From positions 1,470 through 65,469 of the forward strand of contig CAVRBJ010000027.1 of assembly GCA_963718965.1 (NCBI GenBank): a stretch of DNA of 64,000 bases, given 5' to 3'. The notes below the pieces were generated by a model. That model searched no databases. It saw only the letters and a program-made list of their open reading frames with translations, and was not told the origin of the DNA. The position numbers and the translations under genes were made by a program. This DNA comes from an uncultured delta proteobacterium. Lineage in GTDB: Bacteria; Desulfobacterota; WTBG01; CAIYCZ01; CAIRTM01. The first letter of the stretch is position 1, and every line of letters begins with the position of its first letter. Below are positions 61,291 through 64,000 of this stretch, one piece after another.

Positions 61291-62067
61291 CTAAGCTGCC
61301 TGTTTGCTCAATGTGTATAAGGGGTCGCGGTCGCGAATATGGGCAACCTCGACCATTTTTTTCCGCCCCAGACTCACTATATAGGTAAATATTGTCTGCG
61401 GCGTCACTGCAAGCTTTTTGGCTATCTCCACCACTGACAGGGCTTCCTGCTGCAGAAGCAGCAGTATCTGCTGAATGATCATCTCCTCGATGATCACGCC
61501 GTCAAGAAATCGGCCGGTTTCATGAGCTGTGAAAACCTCGCCGTACCTGTTGCCGTCTTTCATGAACTCGGTCTGCTTGGCCGCAACCCAGCGCAGCTTT
61601 TCACTGTTTGACGCATTTAGTGCAGCATGCAATTTAAGCTGCTGGGCACCGGTGTTCTGCGGCGCGTCAGCGCTGAGCGGGCCAAGCTCCCTGATTGCGC
61701 CGGTAAATGATGTGACCACTTCGGCAAAGCGCACCGCCTCTGCCGCAGAGACCCATTCAAGGAGCACCCGTTCGGGATTGACCGCGCTATGGCGCAGTAT
61801 CCTTTTAACAACATTTATCATATTGACTGCTTCGCAATTACCAGACTGGTAATGACATTCGCCCGGGTGTCAGCCACCCACCCAGACGCCGTCGCAGCCG
61901 TCTATGAGCGCCTGCAGTATGAACGAGGGCTCAACCCTGCCGCTGCACATGACGCGCACCACCCGCATATTGGGAGGATACTGCAGCCGCGATACACCGG
62001 CCAGATCACCTCCTGCGTAGGCGCACCAGTTGCACAGGATGCCAAGGATTTTCGGTTCAAAGCTCAT
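61291..62067 (-). CDS. mvhD: MvhD/FlpD [2Fe-2S] subunit, selenoprotein, with a C-terminal winged-HTH-like extension
   Basis: CNWC..RVMCSGRV..GG(TGA)HPGECHY. ORFs 61870-62067 and 61291-61821 are in the same frame, separated only by TGA at the conserved Cys position. Confidence 0.9.
61830..61869 (-). promoter_or_regulatory. Putative bacterial SECIS hairpin
   Basis: After the UGA: 16 nt, then ATTACCA-GTC-TGGTAAT with G first in the loop. Confidence 0.65.
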
Positions 62068-62124
62068 GTTGTGACCCTGTAGGTAATTAATTAATGTATC
62101 ATCCCGTTAAGACCGAGTTTTCCT

Positions 62125-62181
62125 GTAGGGGCAGACCTGTGTGTCTGCCCATAACCAGGGCGCACACACAGGTGCGCTCCG
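62125..62181. repeat. GTAG REP doublet
   Basis: gtaggggcagacctgtgtgtctgccc..gggcgcacacacaggtgcgctcc. Confidence 0.8.
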
Positions 62182-62208
62182 TGGCTCTGTTTTTAAACCC
62201 TGATTTAT

Positions 62209-64000
62209 TTAATTCTCCACCAGCGCGCTGATCTGCGAAAGAATCTGCTCATCGGTGAACCTGCCCATACTGATCGCCTTGCGCGGGCATTTTGAAGCGC
62301 AGACGCCGCAGCCTTTGCAGGAGGCGGAAATAGTGCGGGCCTTGTCGCCGCTCTCAGTCGCCTGCACCGTGATCGAGCCGTAGGGGCACAGGTATTCGCA
62401 GATGCCGCAGCCGAAACACGCATCCTCATTCACGGAGCTGACAACGGGCTCAACCCGCACATAGCCGCGTGCAAGCGGAATAGCTGCGCGGGCGGCAGCT
62501 GCATGTGCCTGCGAGATAGCCTCATCCATTGATTTCGGCGAGTGCGCAAGCCCGCAGACAAATACGCCGTCGGTTGCAAAGTCAACGGGCCGCAGCTTCA
62601 CATGGGCTTCCTGAAAAAAGCCTTCGGCATTGAGCGGCACCTTCAAAAGCTTTGATATCTTGTCATTGCCAGCGGGCACAACCGCGGCGGCAAGAGCAAC
62701 AAGAGAGGGCCGCAGCATAATCTGCTCATTCAGCAGAGGGTCAAGAACCGATACGGTAAGGCCGCCGTCCTCTTCCTGCACAACCGGCTTAGCCGCATCA
62801 TCATAGCGCAGGAACATGACGCCTTTTCTGCGGGCCTCGGTGTAAAATTCTTCATTGAAACCGTAGGAGCGAATGTCTTTATAGAGGATATACACATTTG
62901 CCGACGGGTTCAGTTCCTTAATCTTTAAAGCATTTTTAATTGCCGTGTTGCAGCACAGCTTGCTGCAGTAGGGGTGCTGCTTCGTGCGAGAGCCGACGCA
63001 CTGTATCATGACCACGTCTTTGATATCGGAGAGCGCATATGATTCGGCGGCAAGTTTTGCGCCAAGCTGCTTCTGCGTGACAACGCCATCATGCTTGCCA
63101 TAGAGGTATTCATCGGGCTGGTATTCATCTGCGCCTGTGGCCACGACAATAATGCCGTGAGCAAGCTCCCGTGCCGTGCCGTTTGACCCGATCGTTGTGG
63201 TGAAATTGCCGATATAGCCGCTGATTTTGCTGATTTCAGTTCCGGTAAAAAGGGTTATGCGCGGATGATTTTTTACTTTTTCAGCGGTCTCGCTCAAAAG
63301 CTTCTGGGGATCGTTTTTATGGAGCGTTGAGAACAGACCCCGGAGATGGCCGCCAAGCTCCTGCTCCTTTTCAATCAGGTAACAATCAAAGCCCTGGTCG
63401 GCAAGGGCAAGCGCCGCTGTCATGCCGGAAAGCCCGCCGCCGATCACCAGCCCCTTCGGGTCTACGCCGATGGTCTCTTCCTTCATTGCCGACAGGAGCC
63501 GCGCCTTGGCAACGCCCATGCGCACGAGGTCTTTTGCCTTCTGCGTTGCAGCCTGCGGCTCATGGGCATGCACCCAGGTGCAGTGGTCGCGGATATTGGC
63601 CATTTCAAACAGGCAGCGGTTCAAGCCCGCCTCGCGCAATGTTTCCTGAAACAGGGGCTCATGCGTGCGCGGCGTGCAGGCCGCCACCACCACGCGGTTC
63701 AGGTTCTGCTCTTTAATAACCTGCTTTATTTTTTCCTGGCAGTCACGCGAGCAGGCATACAGGGAATTCTCCGCATACACGACATCGGGAAGCGCGGCGG
63801 CATACTGCTTGACTGCAGCAACATCGGCAACGCCGGCAATGTTGATGCCGCAGTGGCAGACGAAAACGCCGATGCGGGGCTTTTCCGCAGACACATCAGT
63901 CTCGGCAACATACTCCTGCTTTGTCACCATGGTGCCCCGGACATCAGACAGAAGGCATGACGCAAGGGCCACCGAGCCGCTTGCCTGAATGACGCTTTCG
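62209..64000 (-). CDS. hdrA: Heterodisulfide reductase subunit A-like protein; 5' end lies outside the window
   Basis: GVFVCHCGINI, AACTPRTHEPLF, GGGLSG, QCVGSR..YCSKLCC, two C-terminal CxxCxxCxxxCP. The frame is open to the window edge. Confidence 0.95.
   Translation of the reverse strand, partial: ESVIQASGSVALASCLLSDVRGTMVTKQEYVAETDVSAEKPRIGVFVCHCGINIAGVADVAAVKQYAAALPDVVYAENSLYACSRDCQEKIKQVIKEQNLNRVVVAACTPRTHEPLFQETLREAGLNRCLFEMANIRDHCTWVHAHEPQAATQKAKDLVRMGVAKARLLSAMKEETIGVDPKGLVIGGGLSGMTAALALADQGFDCYLIEKEQELGGHLRGLFSTLHKNDPQKLLSETAEKVKNHPRITLFTGTEISKISGYIGNFTTTIGSNGTARELAHGIIVVATGADEYQPDEYLYGKHDGVVTQKQLGAKLAAESYALSDIKDVVMIQCVGSRTKQHPYCSKLCCNTAIKNALKIKELNPSANVYILYKDIRSYGFNEEFYTEARRKGVMFLRYDDAAKPVVQEEDGGLTVSVLDPLLNEQIMLRPSLVALAAAVVPAGNDKISKLLKVPLNAEGFFQEAHVKLRPVDFATDGVFVCGLAHSPKSMDEAISQAHAAAARAAIPLARGYVRVEPVVSSVNEDACFGCGICEYLCPYGSITVQATESGDKARTISASCKGCGVCASKCPRKAISMGRFTDEQILSQISALVEN

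Noticed and set aside
1-64000. CRISPR array, tRNA, rRNA, integron or prophage
   Set aside because: No regularly spaced repeats, cloverleaf/rRNA motifs, integrase or phage genes were seen.

Overview
Bacterial genomic DNA, about 50-55% GC by eye. The gene content (HdrA/MvhD/HdrL-like, DUF362 plus polyferredoxin, acyl-CoA carboxyltransferase, class I FBPase) suggests an anaerobic Desulfobacterota/Syntrophales-like organism. Many otherwise intact genes carry single-base frameshifts, most likely long-read errors. Left to right: (1) about 730 bp of very AT-rich, foreign-looking acyltransferase gene; (2) an IS91-remnant region in which two 122-bp repeats, each with a near-consensus sigma70 promoter, precede envelope-modification genes; (3) a VWA/AAA pair, DUF362-ferredoxin genes and an orphan 609-aa protein; (4) a TetR-EmrAB-TolC efflux operon divergent from a secreted hydrolase; (5) nif3, fbp and a catalase collapsed to 79 aa by an in-frame deletion; (6) a czcCBA-PII operon and a metal/envelope-stress cluster (CDF, DedA/TVP38, two zf-TFIIB proteins, HtpX, M48 protease, CusRS-like pair, P-type ATPase, two exported flavodoxins); (7) an AlkP-TPR-sulfotransferase fusion downstream of two genes sharing an unnamed C-terminal domain, the best candidate here for an undescribed surface-protein modification system; (8) an hdrA, selenocysteine-mvhD, split degenerate hdrL operon running off the right end. 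No rRNA, tRNA or CRISPR array was seen. All family calls come from motif recognition; no database search was run.
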